A stretch of DNA of 64,000 nucleotides from an uncultured Candidatus Binatia bacterium (GTDB lineage: Bacteria > Desulfobacterota > Binatia > UBA9968 > JAJDTQ01): contig OZ219754.1 of NCBI GenBank assembly GCA_964291295.2, forward strand, positions 1,600,001 to 1,664,000, given 5' to 3'. Under the pieces are notes generated by a model. It searched no databases. It was not told the DNA's origin and saw nothing but the letters and a program-made list of their open reading frames with translations. The position numbers were made by a program, and so were the translations under genes. Below are positions 1 to 9,611 of the stretch, piece by piece (position 1 is the first letter of the stretch; each line of letters begins with the position of its first letter).

Positions 1-1
1 G

Positions 2-544
2 GAGCAGACGGTGACGGATGCCGGCAGAAAGGCCACCGACAGGCGCATGCGCATGAATCATGTCAAGAGCGTCAAGGAGTTGCAGGCGCTTCAGCGGGAA
101 ATCGCCCAGATCAAGGAGTCCAACGCCATCCTGGAGGAGGAGCTGCTTGAGGTGATGACCGATCTGGACGAGCAGGAGGATGCCCTGAAGCGGAAAGAGG
201 AGGAGTTGACCGGTCTTGAGATGGCCTGGCACGATCGGAAGGGGCCCCTGGAGGCGGAGATCGCCGAAATCGAGGGAAAGATCGCCAGCACGCGAACCGT
301 GCGCGACGAGACGGCGTCGCGTCTCGACGGTGATCTCATGGGCAAGTACGAGTTGCTGTTCGACCGGCGCGGCGGCACCGCGGTGGTGTCGGTGTCCACC
401 GCCATATGCCGGGCCTGCTACATGAACATCCCGCCCCAGCTATGGAACGATGTCTTGCGCAACGAGCGGGTGAACCTGTGTCCGAGCTGCCAGCGCATCC
501 TTTTCTACAACCCGCCCGCCCAGGAACAGGACGGGCAGTCGTAG
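2..544 (+). CDS. Coiled-coil protein with C-terminal C4 zinc ribbon (DUF164/CT398-like), 5'-truncated by window edge
   Basis: The frame is open from base 2. A long charged coiled coil is followed by CRAC...CPSCQRIL, a typical C4 zinc-ribbon tail. Confidence 0.85.
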   Translation, partial: EQTVTDAGRKATDRRMRMNHVKSVKELQALQREIAQIKESNAILEEELLEVMTDLDEQEDALKRKEEELTGLEMAWHDRKGPLEAEIAEIEGKIASTRTVRDETASRLDGDLMGKYELLFDRRGGTAVVSVSTAICRACYMNIPPQLWNDVLRNERVNLCPSCQRILFYNPPAQEQDGQS

Positions 545-693
545 GGCCCCAGACGCGGCGGGCGCCTTCGTGTGGTTGCCGGGCGTTGCTTCCACCGCCA
601 GTCCGCTTTCGGCTCCGGTGCCATGCGGGCGGACTCCCGCTGCGGGGGTGCCAGCGGTTGCATCCGCGCCGTTTGTTCGCGAAACTGGGCTCC

Positions 694-1079
694 GGGGTAC
701 AGTGGATCAGACGGTCGCTTCCGCGTTTCACGCGGAGGAGGAAAGTCCGGACTCCACAGGACAGGGTGGCCGTTAACGGCGGCCTCGAGCGATCGAGGGA
801 AAGTGCCACAGAAAACATACCGCCCGGCGGGTACCGGTCGAACCGGACTGTCGGGCAAGGTTGAAAAGGCGAGGTAAGAGCTCACCGGTCCGCCAGTGAT
901 GGCGGGCGCATGGTAAACCCCACCCGGAGCAAGACCAAATAGGAGGGTCGGGTTGTCCGCCTGAGAACCCTCGGGTAAGGTCGCTGGATCCCGTGAGCAA
1001 TCACGGGGCAAGATGAATGACCGTCCCGCTTCCTGTTGGGAAGCGAACACAGAATCCGGCTTAACGATCCACTGTCCCC
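694..1079 (+). ncRNA. rnpB: RNase P RNA (type A)
   Basis: Conserved GAGGAAAGTCCGGACTC, GAAAGTGCCACAGAAA, GGTAAACCCC, GAGCAAGACCAAATAG and ACAGAATCCGGCTTA motifs. Terminal P1 pairing GGGGtACAGTGGATC / GATCCACTGTCCCC. Confidence 0.97.
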
Positions 1080-1297
1080 AGCCATCCGGACCGTCCCCGC
1101 CCGGATGCGTCTTCACCCACCCCGCACGCATTCTTCTTCGGAAAGCCACAGCCAGCCACAGCCATTTTCCGGAAAACTGCATTTCCGGCAACCTGGATCT
1201 TGTGGCTGATGCGCACCGGCAAGCTCCCAGGCAACCACCTGTAGCCCGGATCGCGACTTTTCGGCCCCTGCGCCGCGAAACAACACGACGTTTCTTC

Positions 1298-1363
1298 TTG
1301 ACACCCCAAGGCGGTCTGGCTATACAGGGTGGGATCACGTGGGCTGAAATCCCATAAAGTGGG
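1298..1363 (+). promoter_or_regulatory. sigma70 promoter of the dcw operon plus MraZ-type GTGGG boxes
   Basis: TTGACA (1298-1303), a 17-nt spacer and TATACA (1321-1326). GTGGG at 1329, 1339 and 1359 in a 10-bp register, with ATCCC at 1349. Confidence 0.8.
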
Positions 1364-1388
1364 CTTGGAAAGGCGTCAGTCACAAGTC

Positions 1389-1841
1389 ATGTTTCGCGGC
1401 AGACATGAGCATACGGTCGACACCAAGGGTCGCTTGAGCATTCCGGCCAGGTATCGCGAAGTCCTCCTGGACAAGGGTGACGAACGCCTCATTGTCACAA
1501 ACTTCGTCTTTGCCTCCAAGCGCTGCCTGGACGTCTATCCTTTCGACGAGTGGCTGGCCCTGGAGGAGGCAGCCCGTCAGAAGCCCAAGTTCGACCCGCG
1601 CATGGTGCGGTTCCAGACCTACTACCTCGGCGGGGCGGCGGAATGTGCGGTGGACCCCCACGGCCGCATCCTCATCCCGCCGGCGTTGCGCAACTACGCC
1701 GGTCTGAGACGCGATGTCATGCTGGTGCCCGCCAGCGAGAAGTTCCGCATCTGGGACAAGGGCGCCTGGGACGCCGTGTTTACGGAGTGCGAAGAGCAAC
1801 TCATGGAAGATCCGGAATCCCTCTCGGACCTGGGCCTGTAG
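1389..1841 (+). CDS. mraZ: Division/cell wall cluster transcriptional repressor MraZ
   Basis: MFRGRHEHTVDTKGRLSIPARYR and a second DPHGRILIP AbrB-like repeat; first gene of the dcw cluster. Confidence 0.96.
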   Translation: MFRGRHEHTVDTKGRLSIPARYREVLLDKGDERLIVTNFVFASKRCLDVYPFDEWLALEEAARQKPKFDPRMVRFQTYYLGGAAECAVDPHGRILIPPALRNYAGLRRDVMLVPASEKFRIWDKGAWDAVFTECEEQLMEDPESLSDLGL

Positions 1842-1873
1842 CTCCGGGGAAGCCGCCGCCGGAAAGGAGCAGC

Positions 1874-2242
1874 ATGATCGGATTCGACAGGAAGCTCATT
1901 CAGGATATTGCCGTCATCGATGTCAACGGCGATATCGACCTGCGGGAGATGGTGGCGATCAAGGACATCATCGAAGGCCTGATCGAAAAGGAACGCCTCA
2001 AGGTCGTTCTCAATCTCAAGGCGGTGGACCATATCAACTACCTGAGCATCGGGGTGCTGCTGGACCGCCTGAAGCTGTTGCGCGAGAGGAACGGTGATCT
2101 GAAACTCTCGGGCATGCACCCCCATCTGAAGGACATCTTCCGGGTGGTGGGCATGGACGGGGTGTTCGAGTTCTACGCCTCTTTGGACGAAGCCATCGAG
2201 AGTTTCGACGACGACTGGGAGGGCGCGGCTACCTGCCATTGA
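1874..2242 (+). CDS. STAS-domain (anti-sigma-factor antagonist-like) protein
   Basis: RBS AAGGAG. Motifs VIDVNGDID...KVVLNLKAVDHINYLSIGVL...GDLKLSGMHPHLKDIFRVVGMD fit the STAS fold. Confidence 0.88.
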   Translation: MIGFDRKLIQDIAVIDVNGDIDLREMVAIKDIIEGLIEKERLKVVLNLKAVDHINYLSIGVLLDRLKLLRERNGDLKLSGMHPHLKDIFRVVGMDGVFEFYASLDEAIESFDDDWEGAATCH

Positions 2243-2254
2243 AACAGCGGTCGC

Positions 2255-3205
2255 ATGAGCTATGCACACCAGCCCGTAATGCTTCGCGAGGTGCTCGAGA
2301 TCCTCGCTCCGAAACCGGCGCGAAGGTATCTTGATGCCACCGTGGGCGGAGGCGGCCACGCGGCGGAGATCCTGCGCCGGTCTTCTCCGGACGGCGAACT
2401 CCTGGGGCTGGATCTGGATGACCATGCGATTGCCGCCGCCGGGCGCGCGCTGGCCGCCTACGGCGAGCGGGTGACCCTGCGCCGGTCGGGATTCGACCAG
2501 GCGCGGGCGGCTCTGGACGAGTTGGGCTGGCCGGGCGTGGACGGACTGCTGCTGGACCTGGGCCTGTCCTCCCACCAACTCGATACGCCGGAGCGTGGGT
2601 TCGGCTTTCTCAGCGACGCCAGACTGGACATGCGAATGGACCGAACCGTCCGGGTGGACGCGCATGCACTGGTGAACAGTCTGCCGGTGGAAGCGTTGGC
2701 GGGAATCATCCGCGATTTCGGCGAAGAGCCCCGGGCACGCCGGATCGCCGCGGCCATCGACGCGCGCCGCCGCCAGGGAGCCATTGATTCGCCCCGGCAA
2801 CTGGCCGACACGGTGGCTCGGGCCACCCGCGGTTCGGCCCGTCCGCGCAAGTCCGGCAGACCCGCCGCGCATCCGGCCACCCGGACGTTTCAGGCGGTGC
2901 GCATCGCGGTGAACCGTGAGTTGGAAAATCTCGAAAGGTTCCTCGAGTCGGCGTACGAACTGTTGTGCGCCAAGGGACGCCTGGTGGTCATTTCATTTCA
3001 CTCGCTGGAGGATCGGCTGGTCAAGCGCGCGTTTCACCGTTGGGGCCTGGACTGTGTCTGCCCCCCGCGTCTGCCCGCCTGTGCCTGTGGCTGGGCCCGC
3101 AAGACCCACGCCCTCACCCGGAGGCCGCGGGTGCCCGGCCAGGACGAGGTCCGGGCCAACCCGAGGGCGCGTTCGGCCAAGCTGAGGGCGGTGGAACGAG
3201 TATGA
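2255..3205 (+). CDS. rsmH: 16S rRNA (cytosine1402-N4)-methyltransferase RsmH/MraW
   Basis: HQPVMLREV, DATVGGGGHA, DLGLSSHQLD, HPATRTFQAVRIAVN, SFHSLEDR, NPRARSAKLR. Confidence 0.97.
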   Translation: MSYAHQPVMLREVLEILAPKPARRYLDATVGGGGHAAEILRRSSPDGELLGLDLDDHAIAAAGRALAAYGERVTLRRSGFDQARAALDELGWPGVDGLLLDLGLSSHQLDTPERGFGFLSDARLDMRMDRTVRVDAHALVNSLPVEALAGIIRDFGEEPRARRIAAAIDARRRQGAIDSPRQLADTVARATRGSARPRKSGRPAAHPATRTFQAVRIAVNRELENLERFLESAYELLCAKGRLVVISFHSLEDRLVKRAFHRWGLDCVCPPRLPACACGWARKTHALTRRPRVPGQDEVRANPRARSAKLRAVERV

Positions 3206-3570
3206 CGCTTTTCGGCTCCGGAGCGGGCATATGGCTTTCCCGGCCGAGACCGACCCGCGGCGCGGAGAGTCTGTACAACCAGCATGTGGCCGCCTCCGCG
3301 TCGGCGCGGCGCGTCGGCTGGTTGCCGGTGGTGCTGAGCTGCCTCCTGTTGGCCCTGGCCCTGTTGCTGGTATGGCAGCGCCTGCGAGTCGTGCAGCTCG
3401 GCTACGTGCTCTCCACCGCCGCCAGGCTGGAGCGCGGGCTGGAGCAGATGAATCGCGAACTCAGGCTGGAGCTGACGACGCTGACCGCACGCGAACGCCT
3501 TGAGAGCATGGCCCGGAGGCGCCTGGGGCTGAGGGATCCGGAGGCCGGCCAGGTGGTGAGATTGCCGTGA
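3202..3570 (+). CDS. ftsL: Cell division protein FtsL
   Basis: Single TM helix plus coiled coil ending RLESMARRRLGL; lies between rsmH and ftsI with overlapping start/stop codons. Confidence 0.85.
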   Translation: MTLFGSGAGIWLSRPRPTRGAESLYNQHVAASASARRVGWLPVVLSCLLLALALLLVWQRLRVVQLGYVLSTAARLERGLEQMNRELRLELTTLTARERLESMARRRLGLRDPEAGQVVRLP

Positions 3571-5516
3571 CGAAGACACCGCCACAGAATCCTCTCGGCA
3601 GGTTTCGTTTCCGCCTGCAGTTCACCGGCGGACTGCTGCTGGCACTGCTGCTGGCGGTGGCGCTGCGGGCCATCCACCTGCAGGCTTTCGACGGCGCCAA
3701 GCTGGCGCGGCTGGGCGAGAAACAGCACCTCCAGGAACAGATCGTCGTTCCCCGGCGCGGTACCATCCTGGGCCGAAACGGTGACGCGCTGGCCATCAGC
3801 GTCGAGTCCAGATCGGTTTACGTGCGGCCGCGGCGGGTCCGGTTGCCGGACAGGAGGGTGCCGGCGGTGGCGCGGGCCCTGGACCTGAAACCCGACACGG
3901 TGCGCCGCAGGGCCACCTCCGACAAGCCGTTCGTGTGGCTCAAGCGGCAGGTGACGCCGCGCGAGGTCCAGCGCATCCAGGCCCTGAAGATCGAGGGAAT
4001 CGGGCTGTACCACGAACCGAAACGCTTCTACCCGCAGGGCCGCCTCGCCGGACAGGTGTTGGGCCTGGTGGGCAGGGATGCGCAAGGGCTGGAGGGCGTC
4101 GAGCGCAGCTACGATGGCCACATACGCGGCAAGACGCATTCGTCGGTGGTGGAGCGGGATGCGTTGGGGCGCCGCATGCTGGTCACCGGTCTGCACGACC
4201 TGAGGACACGCCCCGGGGCGGACGTGCACTTGACTCTCGACACGACCCTTCAGCATCTCGCCGAAAAGCACCTGGCGGCCACCGTGAAACGCTTTCGCGC
4301 CAAGGGCGGCACGGTGGTGATGGCGGACCCGTTCTCGGGCGCGATACTGGCGCTGGCGAGCTACCCGTTCTTCAACCCCAACCAGTTCCGCAGCCAGGAA
4401 CGCGACCGGTGGCGTATTCGCGCCATTACGGACACCTATGAACCGGGCTCGGTCTTCAAGGCGGTGTTGGCCGCGGCCGTGCTGGAAGAAGGGGTGGTGG
4501 GACGGGAGGATCTGATCTTCTGCGAGTTCGGCCGCTATGGTTACGGCGGCCGTGTCATCCACGATATCAAGGAGCATGGCTGGCTTTCCTTTGCCAAGGT
4601 GCTTCACCTTTCCAGCAACATCGGCGTGACCAAGGTGGCCGAAAAGCTCGGCCGGGAGCCGTATCACCGCTACCTGCGGCGGTTCGGTTTCGGCCGGAAG
4701 ACGGGCGTCGATCTTCCCGGCGAGGTGTCCGGCAGGGTGCGGCCGCACCACACGTGGCACGACATTGATCTCGCCGCGCTCTCCTTCGGACAGTCCGTGG
4801 CCGTGACGCCCCTCCAGATGGTCATGGCCTTCTCGGCCATCGCCAACGGCGGCCTGCTGATGAAGCCGTTCATCGTGGACCGCGTCGTGGACCAGGACGG
4901 CACGGTCCTGCTGCGGCACAGGCCGGAGGTGGTGCGGCGCGTGGTGTCCCGGACCACGGCCCGGACGGTGGTGGATATCCTCAAGGGGGTGGTGGCCGAG
5001 GGGGGCACCGGCGCCCAGGCCGCCCTGAGAGGTTTCGAGGCGGCGGGCAAGACCGGTACTTCCCAGAAGGCGGATGCGGTCAAGGGCGGCTATCACAAGA
5101 CCCGGCGGGTGGCCTCCTTCGCCGGCTTCGTGCCCGCGGACGAGCCCCGTTTCGTGTTGCTGACCCTGGTGGACGAGCCCGCGGTCAGCGTGTACGGGGG
5201 CGTGGTCGCCGCCCCCCTGTTCCGACAAATCGCCGCTCCCGCGCTCCACGCTCTCGGCGTGACCCCCGACCCGCGGCTGTTGCCGGCCACGCCGCCGGGA
5301 AGGGGCGCCGGCGTTGTCCGGGTCTCCCGCAAGGCCGGTCCGCACCGCCAGCCGCCCCGCGGCGGCTGGCCGAATCTCGTCGGCCTGAGCATGCGCGAGG
5401 CCGTGGACAAGGCCAGGCGGCACAGGTTCTCCGTGGTGCTCCGCGGCCATGGCTACGTCGTGGACCAGCGGTGGGACGGTGCCGGCGGCCGTCTGGTGCT
5501 GACCTTGAAGGACTGA
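3567..5516 (+). CDS. ftsI: Peptidoglycan transpeptidase FtsI (PBP3) with C-terminal PASTA domain
   Basis: RRGTILGRNG, EPGSVFK (SxxK), SSN and KTGT motifs; PNLVGLSMREA PASTA-like tail. Confidence 0.95.
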   Translation: MTKTPPQNPLGRFRFRLQFTGGLLLALLLAVALRAIHLQAFDGAKLARLGEKQHLQEQIVVPRRGTILGRNGDALAISVESRSVYVRPRRVRLPDRRVPAVARALDLKPDTVRRRATSDKPFVWLKRQVTPREVQRIQALKIEGIGLYHEPKRFYPQGRLAGQVLGLVGRDAQGLEGVERSYDGHIRGKTHSSVVERDALGRRMLVTGLHDLRTRPGADVHLTLDTTLQHLAEKHLAATVKRFRAKGGTVVMADPFSGAILALASYPFFNPNQFRSQERDRWRIRAITDTYEPGSVFKAVLAAAVLEEGVVGREDLIFCEFGRYGYGGRVIHDIKEHGWLSFAKVLHLSSNIGVTKVAEKLGREPYHRYLRRFGFGRKTGVDLPGEVSGRVRPHHTWHDIDLAALSFGQSVAVTPLQMVMAFSAIANGGLLMKPFIVDRVVDQDGTVLLRHRPEVVRRVVSRTTARTVVDILKGVVAEGGTGAQAALRGFEAAGKTGTSQKADAVKGGYHKTRRVASFAGFVPADEPRFVLLTLVDEPAVSVYGGVVAAPLFRQIAAPALHALGVTPDPRLLPATPPGRGAGVVRVSRKAGPHRQPPRGGWPNLVGLSMREAVDKARRHRFSVVLRGHGYVVDQRWDGAGGRLVLTLKD

Positions 5517-5521
5517 CGCGG

Positions 5522-7042
5522 ATGCAGCTCCGGGACCTTCAGCATGCACTGGACATCCGGGACGAGAGCGGACCCATGGACCGCGGCGTCCGGGGTCTCG
5601 CATGTGATTCCCGCCGGGTTCGGGAGGGCCATGTCTTCTTTGCGCTTGCCGGGCAGTTCGCCGATGGTCACGACCACGTGGACGAGGCGGTGAGGCGGGG
5701 AGCGGCCGCCGTGGTGGTGGAACGCTCCGTTCCGGTTGCGCCGGAAGCCGCCTGCCTGCGCGTGCCGGATACCCGGCTGGCCATGGCCCATGCGGCGGCG
5801 GCGTTCTACGGCCATCCGAGCCGGGGGCTCGTGCTGGTGGGAGTCACCGGCACCAACGGCAAGACCACGGTCACCTGGCTGCTCGATGCCATGCTTGCTG
5901 CCGCCGGTGAGCCGTGCGGGGTCATCGGCACCATCAGCCAGCGCCATGGCCAGTGGCAGAGGCCCGCGGCGCTGACCACTCCCGAGGCCATGGACATCGA
6001 GGAGCTCCTGTCCGACATGGTGAGCGCGGGCGTGCGGTTCGTCGCCATGGAGGTCTCCTCCCATGCCCTGGATCTGCACCGGGTGGACGGACTCGATTTC
6101 GACGGCGCGGTGTTCACCAATCTGTCGCGGGATCATCTGGACTACCATCCGGACATGGAGGCCTATTTTTCGAGCAAGGCCCGGTTGTTCACCGGCTGCC
6201 TGCCCGTCAGCACCAAGGATCGGCCGTTCGCCGTGATCAACGCCGACGACCCCAAGGGGGTGGAGTTGGTGCGTCTGGCCGGGAAGGCCGGCCTCGTGAC
6301 CTTCACCTGCGGCCGTTCGCCGCAATGGGATATCCATCCCGTCGATTTCGAGAGCGGTCCCGAAGGGTTGAAGGGAACCCTGGCGTGCGGTGAACGGATC
6401 GATTTCGAGTGCGCGCTCATGGGCGAGCCGAACCTGGAGAACATACTCGCGGCCGCGGGTGCGGCCCGGGCCCTGGGTCTCGGCGCCGATGCCATCGCCG
6501 CCGGCCTGTCCCGGCTTGAGCGGGTTCCGGGGCGCCTGGAGCGGATTCCCAACCAGATGGGGATCATGCTGGTGGTGGACTATGCCCATACGCCGGATGC
6601 CCTGGCCAAGGTCCTCCGCGCCCTGCGGGCATTGACCTCCGCGAGGCTGATCACGGTATTCGGCTGCGGCGGTGACCGCGATCCCGGGAAACGCGCGCTC
6701 ATGGGCGCGGTGGCGGCGTCGGAAAGCGACCGGGTCGTACTGACCTCCGACAATCCGCGCGGCGAGGATCCGCTGGCGATCATTCACGATATCGAGGCGG
6801 GCGTCCGCGGCGGGGGCATGAAGCGGCTCGGGGAGGGGGCGTTGAACGGGGCGGAGACGGGATACCGGATCGAGCCCGACCGGCGTGCCGCCATCCGCCT
6901 CGGGCTGTCCATGGCCGCTCCGGGGGACGTCCTGCTGGTGGCGGGAAAGGGCCACGAGGACTATCAGATCGTCGGCACCCGGCGGTTGGCGTTCGACGAC
7001 CGTCAGGTGCTGCGGGAAGAGGTGCGCGGCGCCGGCGGCTGA
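5522..7042 (+). CDS. murE: UDP-MurNAc-dipeptide--meso-DAP ligase MurE
   Basis: GVTGTNGKTT, MEVSSHAL, DYAHTPDAL, SDNPR (DAP-type), AGKGHEDYQ. Confidence 0.96.
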   Translation: MQLRDLQHALDIRDESGPMDRGVRGLACDSRRVREGHVFFALAGQFADGHDHVDEAVRRGAAAVVVERSVPVAPEAACLRVPDTRLAMAHAAAAFYGHPSRGLVLVGVTGTNGKTTVTWLLDAMLAAAGEPCGVIGTISQRHGQWQRPAALTTPEAMDIEELLSDMVSAGVRFVAMEVSSHALDLHRVDGLDFDGAVFTNLSRDHLDYHPDMEAYFSSKARLFTGCLPVSTKDRPFAVINADDPKGVELVRLAGKAGLVTFTCGRSPQWDIHPVDFESGPEGLKGTLACGERIDFECALMGEPNLENILAAAGAARALGLGADAIAAGLSRLERVPGRLERIPNQMGIMLVVDYAHTPDALAKVLRALRALTSARLITVFGCGGDRDPGKRALMGAVAASESDRVVLTSDNPRGEDPLAIIHDIEAGVRGGGMKRLGEGALNGAETGYRIEPDRRAAIRLGLSMAAPGDVLLVAGKGHEDYQIVGTRRLAFDDRQVLREEVRGAGG

Positions 7043-7064
7043 CGCGGACCCATGCCACATGCCC

Positions 7065-8462
7065 ATGGATTGGACCATCGAAGAACTGGCGCGGGCGGCC
7101 CGGGGAACCATCGTTCGGCACGGTGCGGTGACACGGTTCGGCCGCATCAGCACGGATTCGCGGCAAGTGGAACGGAACGGCGTGTTCGTGGCGCTGCGCG
7201 GCGAAGTGCGGGACGGCCACGCGTTCGTGTCCGAAGCGGTGCGCCGCGGCGGCGGGTGCGTGGTGGTGCAGCGGAGCGTTGCCGGCCCGAAGCGGGTGTC
7301 GGTGATTCGCGTGCGCGACACCCTGCGGGCGCTGGGCGACATCGCCCACTTCCATCGCCGGAAGCTGGCGCCGCGGGTCCTGGCCATCACCGGGTCCAAC
7401 GGCAAGACCACCACCAAGGAGATGCTTTTCGCCATCCTGCAGCGCGCGCGTACGGAAGACGGCCCGTTGCGCGGCAAGGTCCTCAAGACCGAAGGCAACC
7501 ACAACAATCTGGTGGGTCTGCCGCTGACGTTGCTGCGGCTTCGGGGACACGAGCGTGCGGCGGTGGTGGAACTCGGCACCAACCGGCCAGGCGAGATCCG
7601 CCGGCTCACGGCCATGGCCAATCCCGATCTGGCCCTCATCACTTCGGTGGCGGCCGCCCATCTTGCGGGGCTGGGAACCCTCGCCGGCGTCGCCCGGGAA
7701 AAGGGTGCGCTTTTTCGGGGCCTTCATCCGCAGGCCATTGCCGTGGTGAATCTGGACGATGACCGGGTGGCGGGCCAGAGCCGGAGCTTCCAGGGCCGGG
7801 TGGTGACTTACGGCACCGGCGGTTTCGTCCGCGGCGAGGATCCCGAGGTGCTGGCGGGCGGGCGGCTGCGGTTCAGCTTGCGCGTGGGCCGTCTGCGGGA
7901 GTCGGTACGGCTGCGGCTGTGCGGCCTGCACAACGTCCGGAACGCGGTGGGGGCCGCCGCCATGGCCCACGCCTTCGGAGCGGATGTGGCGGCCATTCGC
8001 AGCGGCCTTGAGGCGGTTCGGCCGGTCTCCATGCGCATGCAGGTGGAGCGCTGGAACGGTATCGGCATCATCAACGACGCCTACAACGCCAATCCGGCAT
8101 CCATGGAAGCGGCGCTGGCGGCGTTGAAGACGATTCCGGCCCGCGGCCGGCGCGTGGCCGCGCTGGGCGACATGATGGAAATGGGCGCCGGCGAGGCGGC
8201 CTGCCATCGCCGGCTCGGCGAAGCAGCGGCCGCGAGCGAGCTGGACGCGCTTTACTTGCTGGGCCATTTCGCCCGCGATATTCGCCAGGGAGCGCTGGCT
8301 GCGGGCATGGACCGGGCCCGGGTACGGTTGACGCGGAGCCACCGGACGCTTGGGTCGGCGTTGCGGGCCGAGTTGCGCAGGGGGGACTGGGTCCTCGTCA
8401 AGGGTTCGCGGGGCGCCTCCATGGAAAAAGCGCTGGCGGCCATGAAGGACGAAAGGGCCTAG
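7065..8462 (+). CDS. murF: UDP-MurNAc-tripeptide--D-Ala-D-Ala ligase MurF
   Basis: ITGSNGKTTTKEM, NNLVGLPLTL, INDAYNANPASM, LVKGSRG. Alternative ATG at 7059. Confidence 0.95.
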   Translation: MDWTIEELARAARGTIVRHGAVTRFGRISTDSRQVERNGVFVALRGEVRDGHAFVSEAVRRGGGCVVVQRSVAGPKRVSVIRVRDTLRALGDIAHFHRRKLAPRVLAITGSNGKTTTKEMLFAILQRARTEDGPLRGKVLKTEGNHNNLVGLPLTLLRLRGHERAAVVELGTNRPGEIRRLTAMANPDLALITSVAAAHLAGLGTLAGVAREKGALFRGLHPQAIAVVNLDDDRVAGQSRSFQGRVVTYGTGGFVRGEDPEVLAGGRLRFSLRVGRLRESVRLRLCGLHNVRNAVGAAAMAHAFGADVAAIRSGLEAVRPVSMRMQVERWNGIGIINDAYNANPASMEAALAALKTIPARGRRVAALGDMMEMGAGEAACHRRLGEAAAASELDALYLLGHFARDIRQGALAAGMDRARVRLTRSHRTLGSALRAELRRGDWVLVKGSRGASMEKALAAMKDERA

Positions 8463-8466
8463 CCTC

Positions 8467-9543
8467 GTGCTGTATCTTGTTCTCTATCCGCTGCACGCCA
8501 CGTTCCCGTTACTGAACGTGCTTCGCTACATCACGTTTCGCGCGGCGCTGGCGGCGCTGGCGGCGCTGCTGCTTTCCTTCGTCATCGGCCCCCGTTTCAT
8601 CCGTGCCCTCAAGGGGTGGCAGATGGCGCAGCCCATCCGGGACGACGGCCCGGACCGCCATGCCGGCAAGGCCGGCACACCCACCATGGGAGGGACCCTG
8701 ATCGTGCTGTCGCTGGTCTTGTCCACCGTGCTGGTGGGGGACGTGACCAACGTGTACGTCCTGGTGGCGCTGGCCGTGACCGTGGCCTTCGCGGCCATCG
8801 GCCTGATCGACGACCTCCTCAAGGTGCGGCGCGGGAGCAGCCGGGGATTGAGTCTGTGGGGCAAGCTCGTTCCCCAGATCGCGGCGGCGGCACTGGCGGC
8901 GGTGGTGCTCCTGCTGCAGCCCGATTTCAGCAGCACCGTGGCCGTCCCTTTCTTCAAGAATCTGCGTCCGGATCTGGGGCTCTGGTACGTCCCGTTCGCG
9001 GTGGTGGTGGTGGTGGGGGCTTCCAACGCCGTCAACCTCACCGATGGGCTGGACGGGCTGGCCATCGGGCCGGTGATGACCGCCGCCGCCACCTACGCGG
9101 TCATCGTGTATCTTGCCGGCCATGTGGAGTTCGCCGAGTATCTCCAGATTCCCCACGTATCCCGGGTCGGCGAGCTCACGGTGTTCTGTGCGGCGGTGGT
9201 GGCCGCGGGCCTGGGTTTCCTGTGGTTCAACACCTACCCGGCCCAGTTGTTCATGGGCGACGTGGGCAGTCTGGGGCTGGGGGCCGCACTGGGAAGCCTT
9301 GCGGTCATCAGCAAGAACGAGATCCTGTTGGTGGTGGTGGGTGGTGTCTTCGTGCTGGAGGCCGTGTCGGTGATCGTCCAGGTGGCCTCCTTCAAGTGGC
9401 GCGGCAAGCGGGTCTTCCGCATGGCGCCCATCCACCATCACTATGAGTTGAAGGGCTGGCCGGAACCGCAGATCATCGTGCGTTTCTGGATCGTGTCGAT
9501 TATCTGCGCGCTGTTCGCATTGAGCACGCTCAAGCTGCGCTGA
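8467..9543 (+). CDS. mraY: Phospho-N-acetylmuramoyl-pentapeptide transferase MraY
   Basis: KAGTPTMGG, NAVNLTDGLDGLA, FMGDVGSL, RMAPIHHHYE; multi-TM. Confidence 0.97.
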   Translation: MLYLVLYPLHATFPLLNVLRYITFRAALAALAALLLSFVIGPRFIRALKGWQMAQPIRDDGPDRHAGKAGTPTMGGTLIVLSLVLSTVLVGDVTNVYVLVALAVTVAFAAIGLIDDLLKVRRGSSRGLSLWGKLVPQIAAAALAAVVLLLQPDFSSTVAVPFFKNLRPDLGLWYVPFAVVVVVGASNAVNLTDGLDGLAIGPVMTAAATYAVIVYLAGHVEFAEYLQIPHVSRVGELTVFCAAVVAAGLGFLWFNTYPAQLFMGDVGSLGLGAALGSLAVISKNEILLVVVGGVFVLEAVSVIVQVASFKWRGKRVFRMAPIHHHYELKGWPEPQIIVRFWIVSIICALFALSTLKLR

Positions 9544-9611
9544 GGACCCGGGGAGTGATTTCGACAGCAGCGGCATGCGGACAAGGCCCGGGAGCGGGCG
9601 GGGATCCCGTG

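Noticed and set aside
1144-1176. AGCCACAGCC tandem and TTTTCCGGAAAA palindrome downstream of rnpB
   Set aside because: Short and isolated, with no assignable function.
505-1383. 292-aa and other ORFs across the rnpB region
   Set aside because: They overlap the RNase P RNA and the mraZ promoter and have no protein motifs.
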